NCBI RefSeq assembly: GCF_963921235.1
Contig: NC_086097.1
Location: forward strand, 222,520,001 to 222,584,000
Source of the DNA: Mobula hypostoma
Lineage: Eukaryota
Reading direction: 5' to 3'
Length of the DNA: 64,000 nucleotides
How positions within the stretch are numbered: the stretch's first letter is position 1; every line of letters starts with the position of its first letter. Position numbers and translations under genes: made by a program. The notes under the pieces are model-generated. The model searched no databases, was not told the DNA's origin, and saw only the letters and a program-made list of their open reading frames with translations. Positions 12,222-23,900 of the stretch are shown in pieces.

Positions 12222-12954
12222 CAGGGGCTATACTTTATTAGGAGTTTGAAGAGATTTGGCATGTCAACAAATACACTCAGAAACTTCTATAGTTGTACAG
12301 TGCAGAGCATTCTGACAGGCTGCATCACTGTCTGGTATAGAGGGGCTACTCCACAGGACCGAAAGAAGCTGCAGAGGGTTGTAAATCTAGTCACCTCCAT
12401 CTTGGGCACTAACCTACAAAGTACCCAGGACATCTTTAGGAATCTCAGAAAGGCAGCTTCTATTATTAAGTACCACCAGCACCCAGGCATGCCCTTTTCT
12501 CACTGTTTCCATCAGGTAGGAGGTATAGAAGCCTGAAGGCACACACTCAATGATTCAGAAACAGCTTCTTCTCCTCTGCCATCTGATTCCTAAATGGACA
12601 TTGAAGCTTTGGACTCTACCTGACTTTTTTTTAATATAGAGTATTTCTGTTTTTGCACATTTTTTAAAGTCTATTCAATATACGTAATTGATTTTCTTGT
12701 TTTTTTTATTATTATGTTTTATTTTATCTATTATTTTTTTCTCTGCTAGATTATGTATTGCATTCAACTGCTGCTGCTAAGTTAACAAATTTCACGTCGT
12801 ATGCCGGTGATAATAAACCTGATTCTGATTCTGTACCTCAAAACATACAGTGAAATGCATGGTTTGTGTCAAATCAAATCAATGAGAACTGTGCTGCGGG
12901 CAGCCCACATGCTGCCATGCTTTTGGAGCCAACGTAGTAGACCCACAACTCACT

Positions 12955-13118
12955 AAGCGGTACATCTTTGGAATGTGGAAGGAAACCAGAGCACCCAGAG
13001 GAAACCCATATGGTCACAGGGAGAATATACAAGCTCCTTATAGACAGCAGCGGGAATCAAAATCCAATCAGTGATTGCTGTAAAGTGATTTTGCTAACCA
13101 GTAACTCACTGTGGCACA
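12955..13118 (-). mobile_element. V-SINE (HE1-like) fragment
   Basis: CTTTGGAATGTGGAAGGAAACCAGAGCACCCAGAGGAAACCCA is the reverse complement of the V-SINE central domain. Confidence 0.75.
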
Positions 13119-14056
13119 CAAGTACCTCTTCCCTGAAACCATTATAATAATTCTTCTTTACATCTGCTTAAGGCCATGAGATTATTTTTAAAGTATGGCT
13201 CCAGAAATTGAACACAATTAGAAGAGACACAATTAGTCATGTACAGTGGATTAGCATAATTTATTTAATTTTGTATACCATTTCTAAAACCATCCCGTAT
13301 ATTGTTTCCTAATCTTGTAAATCAAATGCAAAGGTAATTTGATAATTTCTGTTCACTCTTCATTATAATTAAGTAGCAAGTTAATTTGTCCTGGAGAGGT
13401 AAGTAGCATATCTTACCATACTAAGTACATTTTACGTAGAACTACATCATACTCCCAGTGCACAAATAGGCTATTTAGTTCAATTGGACTATACTGGTGA
13501 TTACGCTCCATAAAAACAACTACCCATTCCGCATCATTTAATCCTATGTTCTTTCTTGATGAAATTCTGTCTATTATTGTTGAATATTTAAGGAACATAA
13601 AATTGTGCACAGTCCTCTGTGGACCAGATGTAGGATGTACTGTATGGTTAAAGCAGGAGACATGTTTCCATAATTTTCTTGTCGCTAGTAACTTTCCAAT
13701 TATGTTTTCTGTGAAATCTTTAAGACTATAGCCTCCAGTTTTTCTATGTGCTGCACCTTACCCTTAGTAATAACATTAGCCTCTGACAGCTCTATTTTCA
13801 GCTTTCCCTTCCTTTCCGACCTTATATCCATGTGGAGTTTAGGGAGGGACTCAGAATACTGAGAGTTCAGGTAGGAGTGCAGAATATGGCAAAGTTATAA
13901 TTCGTCTTATGGATACTCATAGTCAGCATTCACATATGTACTAGCTTATAACACATGTTAAAATGAAGGATAGTCAGTCTTCAAAATATTAATCTCTAAC
14001 TATTTTACACTTTAAAATAGAAGGCATTGTATATTTCCTGAAATTATAAAACACAA

Positions 14057-14529
14057 AACTCAGTGGCCACTTTATGAGGTACATCTGTACACCAGTTCGT
14101 TAATGAAAATATCTAATCAGCCAATCATGTGGCAGCAACTCAATGCATAAAGGCATGCAGACGTCATCAAGAGATTCAGATTGATGGTGCCATACAGGGT
14201 GGTTTGTGCATCTCAGAAAATGCTGATCTCCTGGGATTCTCATGCACAACAGTCTCTAGTTTAGAAAGAATGGTGTGAAAAACAAAAAATAAAACCTAGA
14301 GAGCGACAGTTATCTGGGCAGAGAGGTCAGAGGAGAATGGTCAGACTGGTTCAAGCTGACAGGAAGGTGATACTCATGTGTTACAACAGAGGTGTGCAGA
14401 AGAGCATCTCTGAAAGCATAATGTGTCGAACCTTGAAGTAGATGGGCTACAGCAGCAGAAGACCACAACGTACACTCAATGGCCACTATATCACATATAT
14501 GAGGTACCTAATAAAGTGGGCAGTGAGTG
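14057..14529 (+). mobile_element. Tc1-like non-autonomous DNA transposon
   Basis: TIRs ACTCAGTGGCCACTTTAT and ATAAAGTGGGCAGTGAGTG, the latter followed by TA. The internal remnant encodes ISENADLLGFSCTTVS (Tc1 HTH-like). Confidence 0.8.
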
Positions 14530-15304
14530 TATAACTGAAATGATATCTGACCATACCTATAACTTGCTGTTTTCATATTTGAGGTCTCACATGTCAAAAT
14601 ATAATAACCCAGCTGTCTTATATTCATCTTCTGATTGTGTAGTCAACCCTATAGTGACATATCTCCATTTCTAAATAGGATGCCCTTGTTTGCTTACCCT
14701 CATCACTTCTCAAGAGCAATCCCATTTACTGTCTACTGTTACATTTCTCATTTTCAACTCTTTTGTTCAGCTGCTTCATCGAACCTCACTTCCCAAATAT
14801 ACATTAGCATTAATTATGCAGAATGTCTCTTGGTCTTTCAATGCTTAAGTTTGTCCATATGCAAAAATGAGGTAGAAGTACACTTTAAGCACAGAAAACA
14901 ATATGATTCTCTATTCTGCTGCCAAGCAAGCAAATAAATTTGTATTTATACGGCATTTTCAAGATATTCCAATACAATTCATTATAAATTACTATTCATT
15001 CACAAGTAGATCCTATCCAATTCATACACATGCTTCAGGTAAAATAAATAACACATGAATCTATTTCTGATAGTGGCATTTGAGCAAGGAACATTGCTTG
15101 CCGCGCAAAAATAATTCTTTACCCTTTATGTAGTTGCATTGTGATTATATGCATGCACTTGATGACAGAAAATAATACTATCTAAAAAGAAAAAGGTAGT
15201 AAGATTGATTTGCCATCATGTAAGTAGTAAACTGTTGTGTAAAGAAAACTGCAATGGAAGAATCTGCATCAGTTTTATCTGAGGGCAGCTGTTCAACTAT
15301 TCTT

Positions 15305-15975
15305 GATATTAGTGAGCTTTTACTCAGATTTTTCTCCATACTGTATAGGTGTAATGTGGAAGAGGCCCTAAATTTTGGAAAGAAGTATTTCAAACTTTCT
15401 CGGAGCTTTTTAAAGTAAACTTTAAACCCACTCCTCTGACTACCTTGTTTGGCATTGTTGGAGGAAATGATTTTCCTCTTAAGCTGAATGATTTGCATAT
15501 TCTGGCTTTTATTTCTCTTTTAGCCAGAAGAGTTTTGTTGCTTAAATGGAGAGATGCCGCTCCACCATCTCATGCCCATTGGTTGATTGATGTAAATCTA
15601 GAGAAGGTTAGGTGTTCTATTTCTGTACCTAGACAAGATTTCTTCACATTATGGGTACCTTTTTGGAACTACTTTCACAATTTTCGATTTGGTCAGCAAT
15701 GATGATGGCTATTATATGCTTGAATTTGCGACCTTAAATGTCAGAGATTTATTTTCTTTTCTTTTAAACAAACAGCTGTTTTCCCCCCTTTTTTTCTGTT
15801 TTGTTATAGGGTTTTGATTTTGCTTTAGATTAGAATAAAATATACCTTTTCAATATTATGGTTAATTTACTATGCATAGTTATGGGGCAATTCAATCTTG
15901 TTTCTGTTTCCATAATATCATAATGTATTTTGTATTCGTCTATGCAAGTAATTAATAAAAATATTGAAAAGAAAA
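15305..15975 (+). mobile_element. L1/Tx1-clade LINE 3' end
   Basis: LLARRVLLLKWR...WL...LEKVR...LWVPFWNYF is the L1-type ORF2 C-terminus. It has a T-rich 3' UTR, AATAAA and an A-rich tail. Confidence 0.8.
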
Positions 15976-16164
15976 CTGTCATTTCCTAGCAAGCAATAAA
16001 GCAAAAACAGCGTATTAGCAACATATCAGTGGACCTTTCCTGTATCACAGGAAGGTTCCAGATTTAAACTGAAAATGAAAATATTTTCTTTACTAAATTT
16101 TAAAGTTACTGAGATGCATATAAGTAATTTATCTCTCTCTTAAAAATAAGCTCATAGTAGGTGA

Positions 16165-16882
16165 CTTTGTAGCGGAGTGGTGCAGCTAGCAGAGGCACTA
16201 CTACCTCAAAGCACCGAAGATTCTGACCTCAGATTCTGGCTGTGTCAAGTTTGTATGTTCACCCTGTGACGGCATGGATTTCCTCCGGGTGCTCTAGGTT
16301 ACTTGCACATCTCAAAGAAGTACAGATTAATAATTTAATCGTCATCATCATCATGTGCAGTGTAGTACAACATGGCAATTATGGTCTTTCTAAGATCACG
16401 ATTGTTTTTGGCAGAAGTGGTTTGCCATTGCCGCCTTCTGGGCAATATCTTTACAGGACGGGTGACCTCAGACACTACCAATACCCTTCAGAGATTGTCT
16501 GCCTGACGTCAGTGGTCATATAACCAAGATTTATGATATGCACTAGCTACTCATATGACCATCCACCACCTGCTTCAAATAAACCTGATCAGGTAGCTAA
16601 GCAGGTGATACACCTTGCCCAAGGGTGGCCTGTAGGCTAGTGGAGGGAAGTAGTGCCTTACACCTCTTTTGGTAGAGATGTATCTCTACCTTGCACCCCG
16701 ATAATTTAATTGGCCACTGCAAATTGCCCTTATTGTGGACATGAGTGGTAGAATCTGGGGAGAATTCATAAGAATGTAGGAAGAATAAAAAATGAAATCA
16801 GTGTGAAGAGGTCATTGTTGGTGCAGACTTGGTGGACATCGGTCCTGTTTCTATGCTGTTTCTATCTTTTTACAACTCTATT
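16165..16882 (+). mobile_element. V-SINE (HE1-like) with CR1-type tail, split by an inserted SINE-like element
   Basis: V-domain AGTTTGTATGTTCACCCTGTGACGGCATGGATTTCCTCCGGGTGCTC; resumes at 16701; CR1-like tail CCTGTTTCTATGCTG. Confidence 0.7.
16340..16700 (-). mobile_element. SINE-like element with RTE-type tail and (GAT)n end
   Basis: 10-bp TSD ATAATTTAAT (16330-16339, 16701-16710). Contains the RTE-like block GAAGGCGGCAATGGCAAACCACTT. A second copy is at 43022-43396. Confidence 0.8.
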
Positions 16883-17890
16883 TTCTGAGAAATTCTGTTT
16901 TGCAGTGCAGTTTTATCGTAGAGGAATTGATTATGTTTCTGTAATTTTAATAGAAGTATTTGTTCGAGGGAAAATTGTGTCCATTTAATCTAATTTTTAT
17001 GTCTTCATCAAGTTGTGCCTGTTTTGTGACACAAGACAAGAATTTTTTGTAGCCCTTGGTAGACATCAGCTTGCTTCAGATAGGTAGCAAAAGAAACTTT
17101 AAACATTCAATAGCATTTGGGATTTTATAGTCAAATAGGCTGACAGACAGTTCTTTTACCATTGAGGTGAGAATATTCAGCAGGGAAATAGGAAAAGTCA
17201 AACGAAGTGCTCCACATTGGAAGCAGGTAAATATTCTGCAGTACAGTAGTGTTTAAGGACCCAGGAAGGAAGCTGAAAGGCAGAACCTTAAACATATGTG
17301 CCATGAAGGAGTAAATGTTGAGTGTCAGGTAATAGTGAGATATGGAAACAAAGTACACAGAGGTCTGGGTGGGAAAGTAAGAAATAATAGAGAATTAAGT
17401 GGGTTCATGGTAAGTACGGTAAGGTCTAGGTTAGGTTTAGAGTACATATGTATAAATACACCATGCATGATTGGTAAGCTTGGTGTAAATAAACAAGCTA
17501 AGCTTCAAGTTCAAATTTATTGCCATGAGCATATATACCCGAGGTATCAAATCTACCATGAAATTTACATTTCTGCAGCAGCGGAGCACATTGCTAACAT
17601 AAGTCATTTAAACTCAAATTAACATAAATTGTACATAACTTTCATAACAAAATGAACAAAAATAAACATAAAGACATAGAGCAAGCATAATATTTTATTT
17701 TTTCTTACTTCTCTTCTGGTATTTGTATTTTTGTCCATTTGTAATGCTACTGTGACACCGTAATTTCCACTGGGATCAATAAAGTATCTCGCAAACAACA
17801 GGAATTCTGCAGATGCTGGAAATTCAAGCAACACACATCAAAGTTGCTGGTGAATGCAGCAGGCCAGGCAGCATCTCTAGGAAGAGGTAC

Positions 17891-17926
17891 AGTCGACGTT
17901 TCAGGCCGAGACCCTTCGTCAGGACT
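17891..17926 (-). ncRNA. Minimal hammerhead ribozyme motif (intact core)
   Basis: Reverse complement reads AGTC CTGACGA AGGGTCTCGGCCT GAAA CGTC GACT. Confidence 0.8.
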
Positions 17927-18463
17927 AACTGAAGGAAGAGTTAGTAAGAGATTTGAAAGTTGGAGGGGGAGGGGGAGATCCAAAATGATAGGAGAAGACA
18001 GGAGGGGGAGGGATGGAGCCAAGAGCTGGACAGGTGATTGGCAAAAGGGATATGAGAGGATCATGGGACAGGAGGCCCGGGGAGAAAGACGGGGGGGGGG
18101 AACCCAGAGAATGGGCAAGGGGTATAGTCAGAGGGACAGAGGGAGGAAAAGGAGAGTGAGAGAAAGAATGTGTGTATAAAAATAAATAACAGATGGGGTA
18201 CGAGGGGGAGGTGGGGCATTAGCGGAAATTAGAGAAGTCAATGTTCATGCCATCAGGTTGGAGGCTACCCAGACGGAATATAAGGTGTTGTTCCTCCAAC
18301 CTGAGTGTGGCTTCATCTTTACAGTAGAGGAGGCCGTGGATAGACATGTCAGAATGGGAATGAGATGTGGAATTAAAATGTTTGGCCACTGGGAGATCCT
18401 GCTTTCTCTGGCGGACAGAGTGTAGGTGTTCAGCAAAGCAGTCTCCCAGTCTGCGTCGGGTCT

Positions 18464-18550
18464 CGCCAATATATAGAAGGCCACATCGGGAGCGCCAATA
18501 TATAGAAGGCCACATCGGGAGCGCCAATATATAGAAGGCCACATCGGGAG
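18464..18550. repeat. Three exact tandem copies of the 29-bp unit CGCCAATATATAGAAGGCCACATCGGGAG
   Basis: Units at 18464-18492, 18493-18521 and 18522-18550, at the inversion junction. Confidence 0.95.
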
Positions 18551-19013
18551 CTCCACCACATCCGCTCTCAGGATGAGGCTTTTCATTCCAGGATGAGGGA
18601 GATCTCCTTTTTTAAAGAAAGGGCCTTCCCTTCCTCCACCATCAACTCTGCTCTCAAACGCATCTCCCCCATTTCACGCACACCTGCTCTCACTCCATCT
18701 TCCCGCCACCCCACTAGGAATAGGGTTCCCCTGGTCCTCACCTACCACCCCACCAGCCTCCGGGTCCAACATATTATTCTCCGTAACTTCCGCCACCTCC
18801 AACGGGATCCAACCACTAAACACATCTTTCCCTCCCCGCCCCCCTGCTTTCTGCAGGGATTGCTCCCTATGCGACTCCCTTGTCCATTCATCCCCCTCAT
18901 CCCTCCCCACTGATCTCCCTCCTGGCACTTATCCTTGTAAGCGGAACAAGTGCTACACATGCCCTTACACTTCCTCCCTTACCATCATTCAGGGCCCCAG
19001 ACAGTCCTTCCAG

Positions 19014-19331
19014 GTGAGGCTACACTTCACCTGTGAGTCGACTGGGGTGATATACTGCGTCCGGTGCTCCCGATGTGGCCTTCTATATATTGGCAAGACG
19101 CGATGCAGACTGGGAGACCGTTTTGCTGAACACCTACGCTCTGTCCGCCAGAGAAAGCAGGATCTCCCACATTTTAATTCCACATCCCATTCCCATTCTG
19201 ACATGTCTATCCACGGCCTCCTCTACTGTAAAGATGAAGCCACACTCAGGTTGGAGGAACAACACCTTACATTCCGTCTGGGTAGCCTCCAACCTGATGG
19301 CATGAACATTGACTTCTTTAACTTCCGCTAA
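19014..19331 (+). pseudogene. Penelope GIY-YIG endonuclease domain (promoterless, 5'-truncated, small internal deletion)
   Basis: VIY...CSRC...YIG...R..RF.EH...HFN...LEEQ...GMN motif order. Confidence 0.85.
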
Positions 19332-19625
19332 TGCCCCACCTCCCCCTCGTACCCCATCCGTTATTTATTTTTATACACACATTCTTTCTCTCACTCTCCT
19401 TTTTCTCCCTCTGTCCCTCTGACTATACCCCTTGCCCATCCTCTGGGTTCCCCCCCCCTTGTCTTTCTCCCAGGCCTCCTGTCCCATGATCCTCTCATAT
19501 CCCCTTTGCCAATCACCTGTCCAGCTCTTGGTTCCATCCCCCCCTCCCCCCTGTCTTCTCCTATGATCTTGGATCTCCCCCTCCCCCTCCCACTTTCAAA
19601 TCTCTTACTAACTCTTCCTTCAGTT

Positions 19626-19661
19626 AGTCCTGACGAAGGGTCTCGGCCTGAAACGTCGACT
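19626..19661 (+). ncRNA. Minimal hammerhead ribozyme motif (intact core)
   Basis: AGTC CTGACGA (19630-19636) AGGGTCTCGGCCT GAAA (19650-19653) CGTC GACT. Confidence 0.8.
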
Positions 19662-19899
19662 GTACCTCTTCCTAGAGATGCTGCCTGGTTTGCTGCGTTC
19701 ACCAGCAACTTTGATGTGTGTTGCCTCAATAAAGTATCTATCTATCTATACCTTGGTTACAACTGAAACCTCATTTTAAAAAGAGGGAGGGCAGAATTTA
19801 ATGCTGATTAAAGAAAGATCAAGAAAGATAGAGAAGGAAATGGAGGAGAAAAAAAATCCTTCAGGAGATAATTGACAAGTAAAGAAAATGGCGAATGTA

Positions 19900-20957
19900 G
19901 CAAAAGCTTGGAGACACGGTACCTCAACAAGGGCTGTGACCAATTCCCCATGAATTTGCCGGTGATTTTGGAGAGGGTTTAAATTGACATGCCATGAAGA
20001 TTGGAATCTGAGAAATATGTCAACAGGAAGGGAAATAAAGCTGGGAGGGGTAGTTAGCAATATAGTAATCAAAACAAAAATGCAACAGAAACAAAGACAA
20101 GCAGCTAATAGAATCAGCATTCAAAAATGGTAAAAGCACAATATTTTAAAAATACATTATATCTCAGTGCATACTGTATCTGCAAAATAATGGATGAATT
20201 AATGGTACAAATTGGCCATTAGTGGGCAAGGCCTACAGAAAAATGACTGCAGGGTGACCAAAGATAAGAACTAACTAGTCCCATGATCTTATTTTGACAA
20301 TTAGAGAGTCCAGGCAAAAAGGAAGAGGAGATACCGTGTGCCGTTAATAAAGACTGATATTAATGCAGTAGTTGCTTGGCAGATCATGATACAAAGTTAG
20401 AATCAATTTGGGTGGAGCAAAGAAGCAGCCGAGAGAGGAAAACATTAGTCTAAACTACTTATATGCATCTAAATATAATTATAGGCTGTTAAGGTTCTTG
20501 AACCAGAAGAGATAACTGCACTCAAGTTCACTCACCCCATCACTGCACTCTTCCCACAACCTATGGACTCACTCTACAACTCATTTTCTCAATATTTATT
20601 TATTTTTTTTTATCATTTTGTATTGCACAATTTATAGTGTTTTGCACACTGATTGTTGTCTGTCCTATTGAGGGTGGTCTTTTATTGATTCTATTGTGTT
20701 TCTTATATTTACTGTGAATGCTCGCAGGAAACTGAATCTTAGGGTTATATATGGTGACATATGTATACCTTGAACTTTGGACTCTAAATAGTCATTGTGG
20801 TGCAGAGAATGGTATAATTAAGGAAATTAGGGATGCATTTGACAAGGATCACTCAGAAAACCTGGGTTTTATAAATAGATGAATAGAGTACCAAAGCCAG
20901 GAACCTATGCTGAACCTCAGTAAAATGATATTTAGAATAATATATCAAATCTTAGGC
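19900..20957 (+). mobile_element. Highly decayed CR1 fragments with an inserted Rex1-like 3' UTR (about 20485-20785); the old CR1 continues at 24564-24960
   Basis: Degenerate similarity to CR1 endonuclease and C-terminal regions. Rex-like tail GTGACATATGTATACCTTGAACTTTG. Confidence 0.5.
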
Positions 20958-20963
20958 ATCACA

Positions 20964-23900
20964 TAGAAACATAGAAACACTACAGCACAATACAGGCTCT
21001 TCATCCCACAATGCTGTACCAAACATGTATTTACTTTAGAAATTACCTAGGGTTACCCAGAGCCCTCTATTTTTCTAAGCTTCGTGTACCTATCCAGGAA
21101 TCTCTTAAAAGACCCTATTGTAACCGCCTCCACCACCACCATCGCCAGCAGCCCATTCCACGCACTCACCACTCTCTGTGTAAAAAATGTTCACACGATC
21201 AATGCCCCTCATCATCTTATACACCTCTATCAGGTCACCTTTCATCCTCCGTCGCTCCAAAGAGAAAAGGCCAAGTTCACTCAACCTATTCTCACGCTCC
21301 CCAATCCAGGCACCATCCTTGTAAATCTCCTCTGCACCCTTTCTATAGTTTCCACATCCTTCCAGTAGTGAGGTGACTAGAACTGAGCACAGTACTCCAA
21401 GTGGGGTCTGACCAGCGTCCTATATAGCTGTAACATAATCTCTCAGCTCTTAAACTCAATTCCATGGTTGATGAAGGCCAATGCACCGAATGCCTTCTTA
21501 ATCACAGAGTCAACCTCTGTAGCAGCTTTGAGTGTCCTATGGACTCAGACCCCAAGATCCCTCTGATCCTCCACACTGCCAAGAGTCTTAACCATTAATA
21601 CTATATTCTGGCATCATATTTGACCTACCAAAATGAATCACCTCACACTTATCTGGGTTCTACTCCATCTGCCACTTCTCAGCCCAGTTTTGCATCCTAT
21701 CAATGTCCCGCTGTAACCTCTGACAGCCCTCCACACTATCCACAACACCCTCAACATTTGGATCATCTGCAAATTTACTAACCCATCCCTCCACTTCCTC
21801 ATCCAGGTCATTTATAAAAATCACGAAGAGAAGGGGTCCCAGAACAGATCCCTGAGGCACACCACTGGTCACAGACCTCCATGTAGAATATGACCCATCT
21901 ACGAGCACTCTTTGCCTTCTGTGGGCAACCAATCCTGGATACACAAAGCAAGGTTCCCTTGGATCCCATGCCTCCTTACTTTCTCTATAAGTCTTGCATG
22001 GAGTGCCTTATCAAAAGCCTTGCTGAAATCCATATACACTACACCTACTGCTCTTCTTTCAGCAATGTGTTTAGTCACATCCTCAAAAAATTCATTCAGG
22101 CTCATAAGGCACAATCTGCCCTTGACAAAGCCATGCTGACTACCTTCCTAATCATATTATGCCTCTCCAAATGTTCATAAATCCTGCCTCTCAGGATCTT
22201 CTCCATCAACTTACCAACCACTGAAGTAAGACTCACTGATCTATAGTTTCCTGGGCTATCTCTACTGCCTTTCTTGAATAAGGAAACAACATCCGCAACC
22301 CTCCAATCCTCCGGAACCTCCCCAGTCTCCATTGATGATGCAAAGATCATTGCCAGAGGCTCAGCAGTTTCCTCCCTTGCCTCTCACAGTAGCCTGGAGT
22401 ACATCTCATCCAGTCCCAGAGACTTACCCAACTTGATGCTTTCCAAAACCTCCGGCGCATCTTCTATCTTAATGTCTATATGCTCAAGCTTTTCAATCCG
22501 CTGTCAGTTATCCCTACAATTGTCAAGATCCTTTTCCATAGTGAATACTGAAACAAACTATTCATTAAGTACCTCAGCTATCTCCTCCGGTTCCATACAC
22601 AATTTTCCACTCTCACATTTGATTGGTCCTATTCTCACACGTCTTATCCTTTTGCTCTTCACATACTTGTAGGATGTCTTGGGGTTTTCCTTAATCCTGC
22701 TCGCCAAGGCCTTCTCATGGCCTGTTTTGCCTCTCCTAATTTCATTATTAAGCTCCTTTCTACTAGCCTTATAATTTTCTAGATCTCTATCATTACCTAG
22801 TTTTTTGAACCTTTCGTAAGCTCTTCTTTTCTTCTTGACTAGATTTACAATAGCCTTTGTACATGATGGTTCCTGTACCTTACCATCCTCTTCCTGTCTC
22901 ATTGGAACGTACCTATGCAGAACACCACACAAATATCCCCTGAACATTTGCCACATTTCTGCCATACATTTCCCTGAGAACATCTGTGCCCGATTTATGT
23001 TTCCAAGTTCCTGCCTGTTAGCTTCATATTTCCCCTTACTCCAATTAAACGTTTTCCTAACTTGTCTGTTCCTATGCCTCTCCAATGCTATGGTTAAGGA
23101 GATAGAATTGTGATCACTATCTCCAAAATGCTGTCCCACTGAGAGACCTGACACCTGACCAGCTTCATTTCCCAATACCAGATCAAGTACAGCCTCTCCT
23201 CTTGTAGGCTTATCTACATATTGTGTCAGGAAACCTTCCTGAACACACCTAACAAACTCCACCCCATCTAAACCCCTCGCTCTAGGGAGATGCCAATCAA
23301 TATTTGGGAAATTAAAATGTCCCACCACAACAACCCTGTTATTATTACACCTTTCCAGAATCTCTCTCCCCATCTGCTCCTCAATGTCCCTGTTTCCTAT
23401 TGAGTGATCTATAAAAAACACCCAGAAGAGTTATTGACCCCTTCCTGTTTCTAACTTCCACCCACAGAGACTCAGTAAACAATCCCTCAATGCTTCCTCC
23501 TTTTCTGATCAACAGTGCCACACCCCCATCTCTTTTGATTCCCTCCCTGTCCTTTCTGAAACATCTGAAGCCTGGCACTCTAAATACCATTCCAGCTGAT
23601 GAACCATCCAAGTCTCTGTAATGGCCAGAACATCATAGCTCCAAGTACTGATCCAAGATCTAAGCTCTTCCGCTTTGTTCATAATACTGCTTGCATTAAA
23701 ATAGACACATCTCAAACCATTGGTCTGAGCATATCCCTTCTCTATCACCTGCCTATCCTCCCTCTCACACTGTCTCCAAGTTTTCTCTATATGTGAGCCA
23801 ACCACCTGTTCCATGGTCTCTTCAGTTTGGTTCCCACCCCCCAGCAATTCTAGTTTAAACTCTCCCCAGTAGTCTTAGCAAACCTCCCTGCCAGGATATT

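Larger units (their letters stand above)
9692..12833 (+). mobile_element. Rex1/Babar LINE (RT to 3' tail), split by a Penelope insertion
   Basis: [53 protein letters not shown] and FYSCTVQSILTGCITVWY; tail ATAATAAACCTGATTCTGATTCTG. Confidence 0.9.
17790..19725. mobile_element. Palindromic Penelope-like insertion: two outward-facing 3' fragments (17790-18550 minus, 18551-19725 plus)
   Basis: GIY-YIG GVIYCVRCSRCGLLYIGKTRCRLGDRFAEH is preceded by the Cys-rich linker CKRNKCYTCP. The 14-bp TSD TCAATAAAGTATCT is at 17776-17789 and 19726-19739, within a Rex1-type tail. Confidence 0.92.

Noticed and set aside
16590..16700. Second HDV-like ribozyme in the head of the RTE-tailed SINE family
   Set aside because: CCCTTGGGCAA plus a P4-like hairpin is present, but I could not find an L3 UCC-type loop, a convincing P2/P3 or a J4/2 motif.
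17844..18179. Recurrent peptide MLVNAAGQAAS.GRGTVDVSGRDPSSG as a gene family
   Set aside because: It is the antisense translation of the Penelope terminal repeat containing the hammerhead, and recurs only because the repeat recurs.
18464..18550. 29-bp repeats as a CRISPR array
   Set aside because: The repeats are head-to-tail with no spacers, derive from Penelope coding sequence, and the context is eukaryotic with no cas genes.
22558..23421. 287-aa ORF as a functional gene
   Set aside because: It is an internal fragment of CR1 ORF2 (endonuclease/tether), bounded by frameshifts.
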